Of a stretch of DNA of 46,205 nt, positions 44,189-46,205 are shown in pieces. The translations under genes were made by a program, and so were the position numbers. The notes under the pieces are model-generated. The model had not been told where the DNA came from. It saw nothing but the letters and a program-made list of their open reading frames with translations, and did not search any database. Position 1 is the first letter of the stretch. Every line of letters begins with the position of its first letter. This stretch comes from Flammeovirgaceae bacterium (GTDB taxonomy: Bacteria > Bacteroidota > Bacteroidia > Cytophagales > MED-G16), in the NCBI GenBank assembly GCA_038113315.1, contig JAYNOQ010000003.1, positions 1 to 46,205 of the forward strand, in the 5' to 3' direction.

Positions 44189-46205
44189 ATGAAAAATTTA
44201 TTTTTATTCTTACTTTTTCCATTTATATGTTATTCACAGTCTGAAGTTCTCTCTGAAAGGCCTTCGTTTAATGCAAACTACATCAAGATTGCCCCAGATG
44301 TAGATGGAAATATTTTATCCGATGATATATGGAAGTCAATCACCTCGATAGGACCTTTTATTCAAACAAAACCATTGTTAGGATATCCTTCATCTGAAAA
44401 AACAGATGTAAAAATAGCATTTACAAAAGATATGATGTTTTTAGGTGTTATTTGTTATGATTCTAGCCCTAATACTTTAGTTGTATCAGACTCTAGGAGG
44501 GATGCAAATCTTGATAATGATGATAGCTTCCTTTTTATAATTGATACTTACAATGATCAGCAAAATGGATTTCTTTTTGGAACAAATTCTGCTGGGATGG
44601 AATATGATGCTCAGATAGATAATGAAGGTGTAGGTAATAGAACCGCTCAAAGGCAACAAGGTGGTGTAATTGGAGGTACTAACTTAAATTGGGATGCATC
44701 TTGGATAGTAAAGACAGAAGTTGGAGAATATGGATGGAGTGCAGAATTTGCAATACCTTTAAAATCATTAAGATTTAGTCCTGGAGAAAATAAAAGTTGG
44801 GGAATTAATTTTCAAAGAAATATTAGAAAGACTAATGAAATAACATATTGGGCTCCATTACCCCTTGGTTTTAATTTTGGTATAAAAAGAGTTTCATTAG
44901 CTGGTAAAATGAATAACGTTTCATTAAGAAAGCCTGGTAATTTAAAATTATTTCCGTATGCTTTAACACAAACAACTAATTTTAGTAAACAAAAAAAACA
45001 AACATCTAATTTTGATGTTGGTGCAGATTTAAAATATAGTGTAACTCCTTCTCTTACTTTAGATCTTACATATAATACAGACTTTGCTCAAGCAGAGGTT
45101 GATAAACAACAGGTTAATCTTGATAGATTTAATCTATTTTACCCTGAGAAAAGAGCATTTTTTCTTGAAAATGCAGGGCAATTTTCTGTAGGTAGTCCTG
45201 GTGAGATAGATCTTTTTTTTAGTAGAAGAATTGGAATATCACCTAATGGCTCAATCGTTCCAATTATTGGTGGAGGAAGACTATCTGGAAAGATAGGTAG
45301 TACTAATGTTGGTATTCTATCAATGGTTACTGATGGCATAGAAAATGATGCTATTCAAAAAGAAAATTATTATGTAGCAAGAGTAAATCATAATTTTAAT
45401 AATTCTAGATCTTCTTTAGGGGTTGCATTAATTGGAAAAGACGAGATAAATAATGATTACAACAATAATGTATTTGCCCTAGATGGTATTTGGGGTATAG
45501 GAAAAAAAGCAAAAGTTTCTGGTTTCATTTCCAAAAGTTCAACTCCAGGAATAAATTTAAATGATCATGCTTTTAAGTTTTCTGCTAATTATGATTGGAA
45601 TAGTTGGAACATATATGCTCAGTATTCTGAGGTGGGTGAGGGTTTTAATCCGGAGGTAGGATACCTAGAAAGAGCATCATTTAAAAAACCTTCATATTTA
45701 ATTTTTAAAACAATAAGAGTAAGCGAGGAAAGTAATCTTCTTGAATACAGGCCACATATTTCGGGTAGATATTATTATGACGTAAGTGGAAATATAGTTA
45801 CAACATACACACATATTGATACTCACTGGGCTTGGAAAAATGGTCTTGAAATTCATACAGGTTATAACATAAGAAGAGAGTGGGTGTCTGAACCTTTTGA
45901 TATTTCTAATCTTAATATCAAACCCGGTGAATATAATAATAGTGAGTTTCAGTTTGTATTTATGACAAATAAATCAAAAAATTTATCATTTAACACTAGA
46001 AGTCTATTTGGTAGTTATTTTGGAGGATCAAAAATATCTAACAATGCAAGTTTGAATTTTAGATACGGAGATAAATTTAGATCTCAGTTATCTGTTAATG
46101 CTAATAATATTTCTATCAATAAAGATAAATTAAACGCAATTATTTGTGGGTTAAATTTAACTTATTCATTTACCCCTAGGATGTTTATTCAAAGTTTTGC
46201 TCAAT
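44189..46205 (+). CDS. DUF5916 / CBM9-like domain outer-membrane-type protein (3' end beyond the window)
   Basis: I translated by hand from the ATG at 44189, and the frame has no stop codon through 46204 (672 codons). The translation is MKNLFLFLLFPFICYSQSEV...RRDANLDNDDSFLFIIDTYNDQQNGFLFGTNSAGMEYDAQ...DRFNLFYPEKRAFFLENAGQFSVG... It has a Sec signal, an N-terminal CBM9-like region, then a beta-rich region ending in alternating aromatic patterns. It is missing from the ORF track because it has no stop in the window. Confidence 0.65.
   Translation, partial: MKNLFLFLLFPFICYSQSEVLSERPSFNANYIKIAPDVDGNILSDDIWKSITSIGPFIQTKPLLGYPSSEKTDVKIAFTKDMMFLGVICYDSSPNTLVVSDSRRDANLDNDDSFLFIIDTYNDQQNGFLFGTNSAGMEYDAQIDNEGVGNRTAQRQQGGVIGGTNLNWDASWIVKTEVGEYGWSAEFAIPLKSLRFSPGENKSWGINFQRNIRKTNEITYWAPLPLGFNFGIKRVSLAGKMNNVSLRKPGNLKLFPYALTQTTNFSKQKKQTSNFDVGADLKYSVTPSLTLDLTYNTDFAQAEVDKQQVNLDRFNLFYPEKRAFFLENAGQFSVGSPGEIDLFFSRRIGISPNGSIVPIIGGGRLSGKIGSTNVGILSMVTDGIENDAIQKENYYVARVNHNFNNSRSSLGVALIGKDEINNDYNNNVFALDGIWGIGKKAKVSGFISKSSTPGINLNDHAFKFSANYDWNSWNIYAQYSEVGEGFNPEVGYLERASFKKPSYLIFKTIRVSEESNLLEYRPHISGRYYYDVSGNIVTTYTHIDTHWAWKNGLEIHTGYNIRREWVSEPFDISNLNIKPGEYNNSEFQFVFMTNKSKNLSFNTRSLFGSYFGGSKISNNASLNFRYGDKFRSQLSVNANNISINKDKLNAIICGLNLTYSFTPRMFIQSFAQ

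Noticed and set aside
1-46205. Search for CRISPR arrays, tRNA/rRNA/ncRNA genes, insertion sequences, integrases, phage or defence-system genes, and long direct or inverted repeats
   Set aside because: The longest non-coding gaps are 147, 122, 120 and 108 nt, and none folds into a tRNA-like or repeat-spacer pattern by eye. No ORF shows transposase, integrase, nuclease-helicase or toxin-antitoxin hallmarks. A computational repeat or covariance-model scan would be needed to exclude small RNAs.

Overview
AT-rich (roughly 30% GC by eye), very gene-dense segment. I call 38 protein-coding genes. Most intergenic gaps are under 70 nt, and many start/stop codons overlap, including between convergent genes. 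I found no rRNA, tRNA, CRISPR array, transposase, integrase or long repeat. The protein families present (DUF2911, DUF5916/CBM9-like, GH109-like TAT oxidoreductase, BNR/sortilin-like propeller, CotH plus lamin-tail domain), the many lipoprotein signal peptides (hydrophobic stretch then Cys) and the lack of Shine-Dalgarno-like spacing point to a streamlined marine Flavobacteriia (Bacteroidota) chromosome. The most notable region is 1.8-8.9 kb. It holds a Na+/solute symporter, then a complete green-type, DTE-motif proteorhodopsin with its own strong intrinsic terminator. Next comes an almost gapless co-directional string: blh (retinal-forming beta-carotene 15,15'-dioxygenase), a TIGR02206/YwaF/TMEM164-like membrane protein, and pntAA-pntAB-pntB (proton-translocating transhydrogenase). 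The rest of the window (8.9-46.2 kb) is dominated by exported or lipoprotein hydrolases: two formylglycine-type sulfatases, a GH109-like enzyme, two S9 peptidases, three beta-lactamase-fold serine hydrolases, a PhoD-like phosphatase, DUF885, SMP-30 lactonase, a PIG-L deacetylase and a membrane-anchored alpha/beta hydrolase. No SusC/SusD or TonB receptor is present. This region also carries an APH-kinase::class-III-aminotransferase fusion (hydroxylysine-kinase/phospho-lyase-like), a DUF411-CotH-LTD trio and a divergent desaturase/methyltransferase pair. All functional calls rest on motifs I recognise in the translations, since no database search was possible.
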